DNA of 64,000 nt from Eledone cirrhosa. Lineage: Eukaryota. The notes below the pieces were generated by a model. That model did not search any database. It saw only the letters and a program-made list of their open reading frames with translations, and was not told the DNA's origin. The stretch covers positions 1,426,001 to 1,490,000 of the forward strand of contig OZ024748.1 in NCBI GenBank assembly GCA_964016885.1, written 5' to 3'. The position numbers were made by a program, and so were the translations under genes. Within the stretch, counting starts at the first letter, position 1; the number at the start of each line of letters is the position of its first letter. Shown in pieces: positions 14,663-30,585 of the stretch.

Positions 14663-14772
14663 CTTTAACATCGTCTCTCTCCTGTATATATCTATATATA
14701 TATATATATATAAACAATGAGTTATATGGTTTGTTGATTTAAGATATGTCACTATCTTAACACCAAATATTA

Positions 14773-14833
14773 TATTTTATCTGAGGAAAGCGTACTTAAA
14801 TATTAGAACCCTTGAAATACGTATAATAAAATA
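14773..14833 (+). ncRNA. degenerate hammerhead motif, same family as 40021
   Basis: TATTTTAT-CTGAGGA-(decayed stem II)-GAAA-TACGTA-TA-ATAAAATA, followed by the same AT-rich tail as the 40021 copy. Confidence 0.55.
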
Positions 14834-16430
14834 AATATGGTTTTATAAAGATATTTTCCATTTATTAATATTATTGATATTAATGATACTCCGAAAATTC
14901 TGTTGAGTGCTTCTAATCTGTAAAATTAATTTTGTTGAATAATCAACAAACCAAATAACTCATTGTTTATTTATATAGATACAATGCCGGACTGGATCTA
15001 AAAATATCGGGTGCCAGATGAAGGGGGCCCACCTACATATAGAATGCTATCTTTTGATTTTGAAAGTAGGTTTATAATTATTAATTTTCATTATACTTTT
15101 GTAACTGTCTTGGCGGCCTAGTTGGAGGAATCATAGACGGTGGTGATCCTGGTCTGAAGTTCGACCCTGGTCGGGAGTAGGGTTCTCGGTAAACCTTTTC
15201 AGTCTGTTTTCTCTGGGATGTAAAATAAAAACTGAGAGACATTACATGTACCTCTTGGCCAGGATTGAACCCAAGACCAGGATCTCCATCGTCTCTAGTA
15301 CCTCCCTCTAGGCCACTGAGATAGCTATAAAAATCTACTGAAAATTCAAACTTATAAACCTACTTTCAACATTTTCAAAACAAAATGGTGTGGTGTCCTT
15401 GACCAAATGTGTTGCTTAATTGTTTTATTTATTTTTAAAAAAAATTTATTCTTTCTCTTAGACTTCAGGTATTTTTTGAAAGCTAAGCATTGGCCCCTAA
15501 AATACTAGTGGGCCCTGCAATGCTACCGTGGGCCCCCTTGCCATTGGGCAATCTGGCAAGTCCGCCACTGTATGTATATATATATATATCACATACACAC
15601 TCTCTCTGCTTTGATTTCTTATTGTCGTTCTTGTCTAGAGAGGTATTTGTGTTAAGATTTAGTTTGAGAGAGACGGGGAAGAGTCAAAGAAGAGAGAAAA
15701 ATAGAGTCAAACAGGCAGACAAAGAAAATAAGGGGGAAAAACAGAGAAAGGAAGGCAGGGAGAGGGAGATAGAGAGACAGTCAGAGAGAGAAAAAGGAGG
15801 AATGGAAGGCAGATGTCCAATGGAAGGAGGAGGAGGTAAGCAACAGAAATTATCCTTGTGTCACGTGACAACACGACGAAACAGGTGCGACAAGTTTTCC
15901 AGTGGCAGTCGGCATAACTTAGAAAGAGGAGAATAAAATTTAGAAAAAAATTTAAAACCTCGACAAACAGAGAGAATCACTCAGACATTTGTGACTAACG
16001 GTCAAGCGGATGGTCCTACAGTGACGTCTGACATTGTCAAAGGCATGAGGGAGTGAGGAGTTGACACAGACAGGGCAAAATATGTGGAATGTTCCTTATT
16101 CGGTTTTTCACACCTCCATGTTTAAATGACTTTACCTATTTCCAACTCGTTTTTTTCTCCTTTTTATGTCACCCTGGTTGCTTTTCGTTCAGTTCATCTG
16201 ATAGAATTTATAAATACCTTTTGAGGGAGGGAGGGAGGAGAATGTCTCCTTTCCCAGTCTCTCTCTCTATTTATTTATTTTTTTTATTTATTCCTTGCTG
16301 ACATCGTCTTCCTAATGACATCAGTTTGTGAATTTGATGCGTGTGTATGTGTAGATGTGTAATACGTGTGTAAACACTTGGCTATGTCTATGTGTTTACA
16401 CATACACACACAAATAAATAAATAAATAAA

Positions 16431-16511
16431 TACAGAGTGCGGAGGAAATACCTCCAATATTTTACACGACCAACCGTTAAAATATGGGAGGTATTTTTGC
16501 CGCACCCTGTT
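16431..16511. mobile_element. tiny Tc1/mariner-type MITE
   Basis: TACAGAGTGCGGAGGAAATACCTCC...GGAGGTATTTTTGCCGCACCCTG. Confidence 0.6.
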
Positions 16512-16519
16512 TATATGTA

Positions 16520-16857
16520 TATAAGGGTCAACTGAAAAGTTCATAGGCTGACTATGAAGGATTGATGTTAGAGCTGTGAAATCTAGCATGCATTAATTTC
16601 AACTCTATTAATAACTGCATTGTTTCTTTCCAGGGAGTAGGTTAATAAATAAACCTCATCTGGTCATTCCATGAGCGTATCTTGGTCAGTCTTTGAAGGA
16701 GTGATGCTAGAGCTATGAAATCTTGCATGCCTTAATTTCAACTCTTATTAATAATTGCATTGTTTCTTTCCGGGGTCTATGTTAAAAAATACACCTCATT
16801 TGGTCATTCCATGAGAGTATCTTGATCAGTCAATGAACTTTTCTGCTGAACCTAGTA
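16520..16857. mobile_element. Tc1/mariner-like MITE with internal ~130-nt duplication; inverted relative at about 20228-20542
   Basis: GGGTCAACTGAAAAGTTCATAGGCTGAC ... GTCAATGAACTTTTCTGCTGAACC; repeated TAGAGCTGTGAAATCT unit. Confidence 0.6.
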
Positions 16858-19800
16858 TATAGCTGTGTGGTTAAGGAGTTTGCTTCGTAACCACGTGAGT
16901 TTGGGATCACTCCCATTGCGTCCCACCTTGGACAAGTATCTGACACATCGAAGTGGCCAATACCATGCACATGAAATTTGGCTGATGAAAACTATAGGAA
17001 CCCGTCGTTTATATATAAATGTGTCTACAGCTTGATCAATAAAGATAAAAACCAGACTTGAGCAAGTAAATGCTGGGGGTTACGATCAACTAAATCCCTT
17101 CTTGGACGCAATTTGATGACGTAAGAGAGAGAGAGAGTGTATGAGTGTGTGAGTGTGTGTGTGTGTACACACACACTTTTCTAAATGTGTGCCCTGAATT
17201 ATTTGACAGGTGATATAATTTTAAATCCAGATTAATGTTTATTTATTCAAGTGGCAGATATATGGCTATGTTGTTAATCCCTGCTGGATTATGACAGATC
17301 CAGGTGTAAGATGACTCAATATGGGAAACAAGGGCCACCAGCTGGTCCCTAATCTCATCCAACTGTGTTTATATAGGTAATGTTTGTTATTCTGTACTTC
17401 AACTGCCAGTCACCATAGCCTTGAGTTCACCCCTAACTTGTAAGTGAAGTTGGGTAGCCAGAAACTGTTTGGAAGCCCATCAGATGGACTGTACTTGTAA
17501 TTTAAATGTCTAGTTATGTCACATACTGTGTCATGCTGAATCTTCCTGAGAATTACGTCAAGAGTACACGTCTGTTGAATACTCATCCAATTAAATGTTT
17601 ATATCGTGAACAGATCAATCCACTGATTAAACTGGAATACTCATTGTCTAAACCAATGGAGGCCCATTCTTTCTGTGCCTCATGTAACCCTATAAAATAT
17701 TGTTGTGGATTGAACTCAAGACTAAATATTGAAGGTCAGTTGAAATTGTCAATTGGTTAGAGTTGTAAAGTGTCTTGGTCATAGTTATAATATAGTGAAC
17801 TCTATCAGTTTTACAGGTTATGGACTTAATATAATGAACTATACCATACTGGTAGAGGTCATAAATCTAATACAGTGAACTATACTACGCTGTAATAAGG
17901 GTCATAGATACATTATAGTGAACTATACTACACTGTGGTACAGGTCATACAGTTAATAGTGAACTATACCACACTGTGGTACTTAGAGCTGGGTAGACTG
18001 AGCTGTTGACAGTTTGATGTCTTTGTCATGGCTCAGTACAGTGAACTATTGACAACTAAATATCTTAGTCATAAGACACAATACAGTAAACTATACTAGT
18101 GTTGTACCTACTTAAGTGGACTGGATTATTGACAGTAAAGTATTCTACTCTTGGACATAGTCCATAGCTTGTCTTATGAAACTATGGATTTACATTGAGA
18201 AAGTTACTTTCCAATGTGTAGACCTATGCAAGGCTCTTTTGTAAAAGACCAGCAGTCGCACACATATGAAAATTTTCTCTCTTTATACCACTAATGTTAT
18301 CCAAGAGAAAGACAAAAATTGATACAGCTTGACAACACCAATGGCATCGAAGGCTGAACTAAGAACACAAAAGACCAAAAGAGATAGAGCAGGACATCAT
18401 ATCCGACATTCTAACAATTTTACCAATGGACTGGTATTTTATTTTATCAAAAGGATGAAAGGCAAAGTTGACCTTGGTTGGATTTGTATTCTGAGTACAG
18501 ACAGCTGAAAGAAATGAAGCCAGGAATGTTATAGATTCTACCAATCCACCACCCAATAGGTTCTGCCAATCTACCACACCTATTGATTCTGTCAATCCAC
18601 CACCCTAACACTAAAAACAATAATAAAATAATTTCCTAATAATGCTGAAATGAGTCGTCACTAACAAATCAGTAATTAGAGTCAGTAATTACAATTAGAG
18701 TTCTCTCAACCGTAAATAAACACATAAAAACATTAAATCTGTAAAGTTTTGTATGTAATAAACAGTTTGACAGCTGTTGTATGCATCTGTCTATATCTTT
18801 AATTTGTTTGGTTTCAATCAGATTAGGTTTAAAAGCTTCAACTTTTACTGTAACTTACATTTTGCTGTTACTGTTGTTGCTGTTAATTATTTTTCAAAGC
18901 TGATTAACTTACTTTATAGAATTATACACGATATATAGAGGACAGGTTGTTGGCCTTCCCGAGTAGGGTGCTTAGGCTTGTCAGTGTATGTGTGCATGAG
19001 TGTACTCAGTGCTGGCTATAGAGACTGTCAGAGTATTTACCAGGGAACCCTCCATCATTATATTTTTTTTAATACAGAATTATGGAAAATACAATTCTAT
19101 AGAACAAGGGATAGGTATAGTCGTGTGTGTGTGTGAATTGTCTTGAGCCACTCAGGCTTCCACCCAAGAGACTCTCATTGGACATTACATCAGCACACTT
19201 GACCAAATGTTCTTCCTGTGGTGACAGTATTCTTTGGAATGGTTACTCAGCCAAGTCGTTTCCATCACCTCTTACACAATTACCAAATGTCTCACAAGAG
19301 TTTCGTCCCTTTCATTTTCGGTTTCAAAACCTGTTGAATAATCTTGTTTTTTATATCCTTTGTGTTTGATAAAATATATACCAGTTATATATGTAATAGT
19401 GCCAGGTGAAGGTGGGGATGGATGATGCGACTATATTCTGAACTCCGTTCCCTGCAGATTAAAAGCCTCATTCCAATGTTAGAATTCAATATTTAACCCT
19501 TTTGAAACCAAACCTGAAACCGACCATGGTCCTACAATATTAAGCTGTGTATTTCGAAGGTGGCACAAACGATATTAGTAAATATTTCTCAAACAATATT
19601 AGTAAATATTTTAACAAAATCAAAATATTTGAGAAAAGACATGTATGTACCTTCAGTTTAACCAAACTTAGTAGTCGACTGGTATTTATTTAACCCTTTC
19701 GTTGAAACATATTTCTTATGAAAGACACTGCCTATGATTTTCAAATAACTTTGAAAAGAACCAAGAATTTAGAAAAATTAAAAATTAATTTTCTCATCGT

Positions 19801-19956
19801 TGGTTCTCACATAAAATTATGTAAGGTTCTCACATAAAATTATGATGAACAATTTTTAGATAAATATAAACATTTTAAAATAAACAGCTCTGTTGAAGAA
19901 CTTAAGGTGGCTTCAACCAATTTGGTAGTGAAACAGTTAATTAATCAATTCTTTAA

Positions 19957-20146
19957 TAATTGTTTCTACTTTAGGCACAAGGCCAGCAATTACCCAGTTC
20001 ATTACTGGTACTTTATTTTATCGACCCCGTAAGGATGAAAGGCAAAGTCAACCTCGGCGGGATTTGAACTCAGATCGTAAAGGGACGTAACTATGCTGGA
20101 AAGCATGGCGTCCGACCCTCTACCGATACTGCCAATCCACCGCCCT
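19957..20146 (-). mobile_element. tRNA-derived SINE family B (Meta-domain-like); many copies, e.g. 3525, 10907, 20600, 31908, 36770, 42885, 59352, 62900
   Basis: Head GGGCGGTGGATTGGCAGTATCGGTAGAG, B-box GAGTTCAAATCCC, body TTTGCCTTTCATCCTTACGGGGTCGATAAAATAAAGTACCAG. Confidence 0.85.
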
Positions 20147-21230
20147 TCAATTCTTTAATAATGAAAGATAAACGTTAACTTTGGTTCAAAAGAATTTTGA
20201 ATTTAGAACATAACTATATAACGAAAGGCAGCTGAAACGGTCATAGGTTGACCAAGATACTCTCATGGAATGACCAAATGAGGTTTATTTTTCAACATAG
20301 TCCCTGGAAAGAAACAATGCAGCTATTGATAAAGAGAGTTGAAATCGTTGAATGCAAGATTTCACAGCTCTAGCATCAATCCTTCATAGGCTGACCAAAT
20401 GAGGTTTATTTTTCAACAAAGCCCCCAGAAAGAAACAATACAGTTATTCATAAAGAGAGTTGAAATTAGTGCATGCAAGATTTCACAGCTCTAGCATCAA
20501 TCCTTCATAGTTAGCCTATGAACTTTTAAGCTGACCCACGTAAATATCTCCTGCATCAAACACACATGTTCTACCAAATCTGCCAACTCACAGTCCTCTA
20601 ATAATTGTTTCTATTTTTAGCAGCAATTACTCCAGTGCATTACTGGTACTTTATTTTATCGACCCCGTAAGGATGAAAGGTGAAGTTAACCTCGGTAAGA
20701 TTTGAACTCAGACCATAAAGGGCGGTAACTCTATGCTGCAAAGCATGGTGTCCGACCCTCTACTAATACTGCCCTAATAATGATATCTAACAGAGGCACC
20801 AGGCAAGAAATATTGGGGAAGGAACACAGTTAAGTATAGCAAAGTTGACCCCAGAAGGATTTCAACTTAGAACATTAAGAGCAAAAACAAATACCGCAAT
20901 GTATTTTTGGCAATTCCTTAACGATTCAGCGAAAGGGCTAGCACTTTTGGGAGGGAAGAGTGACTGCAGTATTTAACTGGTACTTTATCTGACCTCAGAA
21001 GGATGAAAGGCAAAGGTAATTGCAGCAGGATTAGAACTAATGCTGCAAAGAAACCATTTGTTTGACTCTAACAAAGATATATATAGCTGTGTCTAATAAA
21101 ACACAATAGTATGGTGTATATAAATATATCTTTGATGTATATGTGTATACACACACACACACACCATTGACTTTTGTTTAGATACATACCTATATCATTG
21201 TTAGACTCAAACAAATGCTTTGTAGCATTG

Positions 21231-21272
<42 letters not shown>

Positions 21273-21574
21273 GGACGTTAAACGATGATGATGCTATTAA
21301 ATAGGGTTTCAGAAATTAAAAGCCAAACCAAACCAAATTATTATGTCAAGAAAAAAAAAATAATAAATGCAAGTAAATAACTCAATAAATTATTTACATA
21401 AACAATAATAATAATAAACATGTGTTTCACATTGGTATTATATTCTATTATATATATTTCCTATACAAACAATATCCTTCTCTTTATATATATATTGTCT
21501 TTTGACAGTTCATGATCTTTGGATATACAAAACCATATCCACATTATATAAAGGGGTCATTTTCTCTATCTGAT

Positions 21575-21614
21575 TATATATATATAATGTATATATATAA
21601 TGTATATATATATA

Positions 21615-21661
<47 letters not shown>

Positions 21662-21749
21662 GTATATATATATAATGTATATATATATAATGTATATATA
21701 TATAATGTATATATATATAATGTATATATATATAATGTATATATATATA

Positions 21750-21786
<37 letters not shown>

Positions 21787-21975
21787 GTATATATATATAT
21801 AATGTATATATATATATAATGTATATATATATAATGTATATATATATATATATATATAATGTATATATATATATATATAATGTATATATATATATATATA
21901 TATAATGTATATATATATATATATAATGTATATATATATAATGTATATATATATATATATATAATGTATATATAA
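21575..21975. repeat. (TA)nATG microsatellite
   Basis: Direct reading. Confidence 0.9.
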
Positions 21976-22228
21976 GTATATAATTTATACACACACACAC
22001 CATGTTGTAGCTCAACTTTCCGTGGATTTACAAACCATATCACATTGCAGGCCTGTGGGATGTTGGACATCTCACAAAACAGAATTACCTACACACCCAA
22101 TAGATCAGTCTGTAATATATATATAAGCACTATATCCGACTGTTGTGGGTCATTCATCTATGCAACCACGGATATGTGTGTGTGTGTATATATATATACA
22201 CACACACACATATCCGTGGTTGTATCTA

Positions 22229-22270
<42 letters not shown>

Positions 22271-22562
22271 ATATATCTGTGGTTGTGTATGTGTGTATAT
22301 ATGTCTGTATGTTTGGTCTTTTACAGACCATTTTAGAAAGAAAAGCTGTTGCGAGTTTATATATATATATATAGACTATAAAAGCTATATATATATATAT
22401 ATATATGCACATACATATATATCATATATACACATATACATACACACACACACATATACATATATATACACATATATCATCATGTCATTCTTTTGTGGTT
22501 CTAACAGCCATATACCACACCATACCAGTCCTTTGTGGATATCGCGGCCATGTATATGCGTG

Positions 22563-24478
<1,916 letters not shown>

Positions 24479-24589
24479 CCACACCATGTCAGTCTCTCGT
24501 GGATAAAATGACATACGTTGGAATCGTGAGACTGTCCAAACATCTTTAGATAAGACAATATTACTGGTATTAGATTCAGTTGACAGTGA

Positions 24590-25870
24590 GGGGGAGAGGG
24601 ATGGGTGGGGGGAGGAAGGGGAGGATGGCTTTGGGCTTTGGTAATAGTGTATCTAGCATGGAGAGGAGGGAGGGAGAGAGAGGCATATACATATATACAC
24701 AGGACATAGGAAGAGAAGGGAGAAGCATGAGAGGGAGAGAGAGAGAGAGGAAAGAAGGAGAAAAGACGGGAAAGGAGGGTGAGAGAGAGAGAGAGAGAGG
24801 AAAGAACGGGAAAGGAGGGTGAGAGAGAGAGAGAGAGAGGAAAGAAGGAGAAAAGACGGGAGAGGAGGGTGAGAGATAGAGAGGGAAGAGAAGAGATGAG
24901 AGAGAGAAGAGAGAGAGGAGAGAGCAGAGGAGAGAGAGAGGAGAGAGCAGAGGAGAGAGAGAGGAGAGAGCAGAGGAGAGAGGAGAGAGAAAGGAGAGAG
25001 TAGAGGAGAGAGAAAGGAGAGAGTAGAGGAGAGAGAGAGAGGAGAGAGTAGAGGAGAGAGAGAGAGGAGAGAGTAGAGGAGAGAGTAGAGGAGAGAGAGA
25101 GGAGAGAGTAGAGGAGAGAGAGAGGAGAGAGAGAGGAGAGAGAGAGGAGAGAGTAGAGGAGAGGAGAGAGGAGAGAGTAGAGGAGAGAGTAGAGGAGAGA
25201 GACAGGAGAGAGGAGGGAGAGAGGAGAGAGACAGGAGAGGAGAAAAACAGGAGAGAGGAGAAAAACAGGAGAGAGGAGAGAGACAGGAGAGAGGAGAGGA
25301 GAGAGACAGGAGAGAGGAGAGGAGAGAGGAGAGAGAGAGGAGAGAGACAGGAGAGAGAGGGGAGAGAGACAGGAGAGAGAAGAGAGGAGAGAGACAGGAG
25401 AGGAGAGAAGAGGAGAGAGGAGAGGAGAGAGGAGAGAGGAGAGGAGAGAGGAGAGGAGAGAGGAGAGGGAGAGGGAGAGGGAGAGGAGAGAGGGAGAGGA
25501 GAGAGGAGAGAGAGAGGAGAGAGAGAGAGGAGAGAGAGAGGAGAGAGAGAGGAGAGAGGAGAAAGGAGAGAGGAGAGAGGAGAAAGGAGAGAGGAGAGGA
25601 GAGAGGAGAGGAGAGAGACAGTGGAGAGAGAGAGGAGAGAGACAGTGGAGAGAGAGAGGAGAGAGAGACAAAAGAGATAGAAAAGAGGAGAGAGAAAAGA
25701 GGAGAGAGGAAAAGAAAGAGAGAGAAGACGGAAGAGGAGGGTGAGAGAGAGGAGAGGAAAGAAGAAAGAGAGGAAAGTAGAGAGTTGAGGGAGGAAAGAA
25801 GAAAAGAGATAAAAAAGAGCAAAGAAATGAGAAAAAAGAAAAAGAAAGTAGAGGCAAAGGAGGAGGGGGA
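24590..25870. repeat. ~1.3-kb polypurine (GA/GGAGA)n tract
   Basis: Direct reading. Confidence 0.95.
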
Positions 25871-26444
25871 ATGGTTTTATAAAGATGAAACAACATTATG
25901 AGGAAGGAACATTTGTGACTGTGGGAAGGGGGTGGTGGGAGATATTAGGGGGTGGTTGAGTCTGTATGAGTTATCATACTTCGTCTCATTTTGATTTATA
26001 CACATCACATATGTGTGTATGTGTATATATCTGTAATGATGCTTGCATGTGAATGTATATCTGTATGAGTGTGTGTTTGTTTATATATATATATATATGT
26101 ATGTTTATATATATATGTATGTTTATATATGTATATGTATGTTTATATATATATGTATGTTTATATATATATATATGTATGTTTATATATATATGTATGT
26201 TTATATATGTATATGTATGTTTATATATATATGTATGTTTATATATGTATATGTATGTTTATATATGTATATGTATGTTTATATATATATGTATGTTTAT
26301 ATATATATATGTCTATATATATATATGTATGTATATATATATAAACATATTTTTTCTTGTATTCATGTTTATATAAATTTATGTAGTAATTACAAATCCA
26401 ACAACAACAAAACAATAAAATAATAATAATAATTATAATAATAA

Positions 26445-26653
26445 TTAATCGAAACTAATCAGCTCCGCTTCGTTTTGTGGCAGCACCATCTGCTGTGGTG
26501 GAGCCTGGTACTGCTGGGTGGGAGGTGCTGGCATGTATTGCTGTTGTTGTGGTTGTTGCTGTGGTGGTGGTGCTTGCTGTTGAGGTTGTGCAGGTAGTGT
26601 ACCATAAACATTTTGTTGAGATGCACCGACTGGAGGAAGGGTGTTTGCCAGAT
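26445..26653 (-). CDS. HGS: HGS last coding exon with clathrin box
   Basis: LANTLPPVG...QNEAELISFD*; LISFD is the conserved HGS C-terminal clathrin box. Confidence 0.95.
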
Positions 26654-26799
26654 CTGCACAGAAAGAGAGAAAGATTATCATCATCATCACCACCATTTAA
26701 CGTCCATTTTCTATGCTTGCATGGGTTAGATGGGTCGGCCACATCAGGAGACAAGTCTGGCTAGAATTGGCCGCGCCGTACCTTGCTCAGACGGAACTG

Positions 26800-26849
<50 letters not shown>

Positions 26850-27450
26850 TTCATTCAATTTACGTCCACTTTTCCCTGCTTGCGTATATATTAATGTTCA
26901 TACATGGAACTGTCAATTTGGCCAGGATTTTTACAGCTGGATGCCTTTCCTAACACCAACCACATTTAGAGTGTGGAACTGTTATATATATATATTGTTA
27001 TACTTGGGGAGGGGCATATTTGTGTAATAATATTGCCAGAAATAATAATAATGAAATTATTGTGTAAAGTGCTCAGGTGCACCACAACTCGTCAATATAG
27101 TACATAGAATAATACACAATAACAGAACACGCTCACTGTTTGGTTGGTTTTCGCTTCTGTATCTTTTATATCTCCATAGTTAATTTATTTGGCAATCAAT
27201 GTTTTTCATTGACTGACCAACGGTTAAAAATACAGATATAAATATAAACAGATATAATGATAAATGTTGATTGCCAAACTATGGAGATATAAAAGATGCA
27301 GAAGCAAAAACCAACCAAACAGTGAGTGTGTTCTGTTATTATTTCTGGAAATATTATTACAAGTATAACCCTCCTCAAGTATAACAATATTTATTTCGAC
27401 ACACGATTTCATATAAAAAACCTTGCAAAACAAATTCATCGCCATTATAT

Positions 27451-27887
27451 ATCATCATCATCACCGTTTTACGTCCATTCTTCCACGCTAGCATGGGTTA
27501 GACGGATTGTCCTGTTGTGGGCAGTGTCCGGTCGGCTGACCTTGTCTTGCTCATACGGGAACTGATTCTGACTTGATTTCTACAGCTGGATGCCCTTCCT
27601 AACACCAACCTCATTTACAGTGAGTGCTGGTTGCTTTTTTTCTGTGGCACCTCCACGTCCACTTTACAGTGTGGGCTGGGTGCTATTTTGCCGTGGCACC
27701 GCCACGACCACTTTGTAGTGGAATGATAGGGACCGCAGTCCTATCATCTCATTTCTACAGCTGAGTAAACTGGAGCAATGTGAAATAAAGTGTCTTGCTC
27801 AAGGAAACAACACATCACCCAGTCCAAGAATTGAACTCACAATCTTTCAATTGCAAGCCCAATGCTCTAACCACCAAGCCATGTGCC
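27451..27887 (-). mobile_element. SINE family A copy
   Basis: Same head, body and tail, with one extra internal ~48-nt unit. Confidence 0.9.
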
Positions 27888-29227
27888 TACACACATATAT
27901 ATATATATATATATGTGTGTAGGCACGGAACAAAAGAGCTACCTAAGGGCCATGAAGCCTTAGGTAGCTCTTTTGTTCCGTGTATGGACATAATTAAATA
28001 ATATATCAGCTTTCTTTTTTATGTCATTGTTGTTGAAGAAAAAACAAAAAAAAAAATGCAACAAAAAATACACACAAAATAATGAAAAAAAAAAGGTCTA
28101 AATTTTGTTGAAAACCTTTTGCTGCTGTATTTCTAATGAAATATAATTTAAAGAATTTAATGAGATAACAGTGAGCTGATATTTGAAACAGTACAGAACG
28201 ACGATTTCTTAAATAAAATATGATGATTTTAAAACGAATTGTTGTGTTTCATAAAACTACGGCAGTTTCAGAAACGTTGTAACCCATTGGTAACAAAACC
28301 AACTCTGGTTCTAAATCTCCCAACATAATTTTCATTAAGTTACTTAGGTAATTAAATAATAATTTTAGTAAATCCCTCAAAATTTTTCATTAACTAATTG
28401 AAATACGGTGTATTTCATTAGAAATATGGTCAAGAAAGGGTTAAACTTCAAATCTTGCTCGTCACTGTATTGTCATTATGCAAGGGAGACAACCCTTGTT
28501 GGCTACGGTTTTTTTAGTAAGTGAAGATCGTCATCAAAACATCACAGCTCTAGTGGTTGTCTATCAAAAGAAACAATTCCACAGCAAGATAGATGCTCTT
28601 CCTAAAGCCAACACCACATTTGGGCTTTAAGTAAGGTAAGAATCTTCACACATCTAACTAATGAGTAGCGGAATTTTTGTTTATGTCTAAGGTAGACAAA
28701 AAGAGACAAACACACACACATAAATACATGTGTTTGTGTGTGTATATACATATATGTATTCATATATACATGTTTTTCATCCCACAGGGTGTCCAAAATC
28801 ACCCTCCTCACCAAGCAAGCTTAGTGGGCTTACATGTTACCAGTAGCGCTGAAGATGGACCTAACATAATGTCAGGTATTATGTTAAGTCACTCTTTAGA
28901 GCTACTGGTAACATGTAGCCTAGTAGAACCTGTGATGGTTGGGTCGTCGGTGAATAAACCGGCAATCCCACCAAACTTGTTTGGTGAGGAGGAGGATTTT
29001 GGACACATTGCGAGATGATATATATATATATATTTATTATGAGAACAGATTAAAGTTTAAGCAAAAAATCACTTCTTTCACCCTTAACGGTTAAAGGTGA
29101 AAGCAGCAATTCTTTGCTTAAACTTTAATCTGTTCTCATAATAAATATTTGCTCCATGGGTTTTTATATATATATATATCTATATATATAATCCTTACCA
29201 AGCCCTCTTCGGATTTTATTCTTTATT

Positions 29228-29274
<47 letters not shown>

Positions 29275-29422
29275 TAAGTGTACGAAGGGCTTCATAAAGT
29301 TTCTGCCTGTTAAATTCCACTCACAAGGCATTATTCGACCAGAGGCTATAGAGAGTATAAGATACTTGCCAAAGGTGCGACACCTGGTCACAAAATGAAG
29401 AAAAGAATTATTTTATACGTAC

Positions 29423-29978
29423 TCTGCATGCTTAACGAGGAATATTCTGGATTAGGGATTGATGTGTAAATTGGTCCTGCTGAAGAAATCTGTGATAAAC
29501 TTGATGGCTGGCTCGATGCTGGGTTGTAAGATTGATAAGAATTGGAAGAAGCCTGTATCACGTCTGTGCTCAACGCTGTCTGATAACCAGCAGACTGTGC
29601 AACTGTTTGAGATGGATGACCAAGGGCAGGTGGATACTGACCACCACCACCCGGCTGACTGTAGTTTGTGGAGTTTGGTGCATTGGGTATCTGTTGTGGT
29701 GGGGGTGGTGCTTGTTGTTGTTGTGGTGGTTGTTGTGCTGCGGGTTGTTGTTGTGGTGGTGGCTGTTGCTGTGATGGTGGTGCACCAGGTGGCTGCATAT
29801 ATATCTCGTTTGGTGCAGAACTGCTGACTGGGAGGGAGGGAGGTGGTGCCATTCCAGGTGGAGCACCAGGACCTGGTATCATACCAACAGGCACATAACC
29901 TATTCGATGCATTTGATGAACCGGAGAGTTTTCTAGTGAGCTGCCAGGACTAGGAAAGTTTGGAGCACCATAGGGGTT
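29423..29978 (-). CDS. HGS: HGS exon (Pro/Gln-rich tail)
   Basis: 556-nt open exon, NPYGAPNFPSPGSSLENSPVHQMHRIGY...YSSLSMQ; phases 0/1 fit neighbours. Confidence 0.88.
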
Positions 29979-30585
29979 CTGAAATAGAAGAAACAGGACT
30001 CATTTAGGGACCAAAGAAACATTTTATAATGATAGAAAAGGGATGCTGTGCTGGAAAAGATATATCCGACCCATGCTAGCATGGCACCAACACTACCAAT
30101 TTACAGAGTGTACTGGGTGTATTTTATCCCGACACCAACACTACCACTTTACAGAGAGTAGTGGGTGTATTATTTCATGACACCAGCACTACCATTTTAC
30201 AGAGTGTACTGGGTGTATTATATCATAACCCCAGCACTACCACTTTACAGAATGTAATGGGTGTATTATATAACACCAACACTACCACTTTACAGGGTGT
30301 ACTGGGTGTATTATATCATGACATAAGCACTACCACTTTACAGTATAGTCTTACAACTAATAAATATCTCAAATATCTGTGTAATCACAGCTGGGTTAAA
30401 GGAATCAGTTTATTCTTATTTCAGTTCAGATACAATATCACAACAAAACCATCTCAGATAACCCACAAATATCTCAACATTGTCCTTATGTAATCACCAT
30501 TGGGTACAAGAGGCCAGGCTACCCTTGCATGACAACACTCACCTAACCATAAGTCTGCATTTAAGAAACCAGGCTACCCTTGTTT

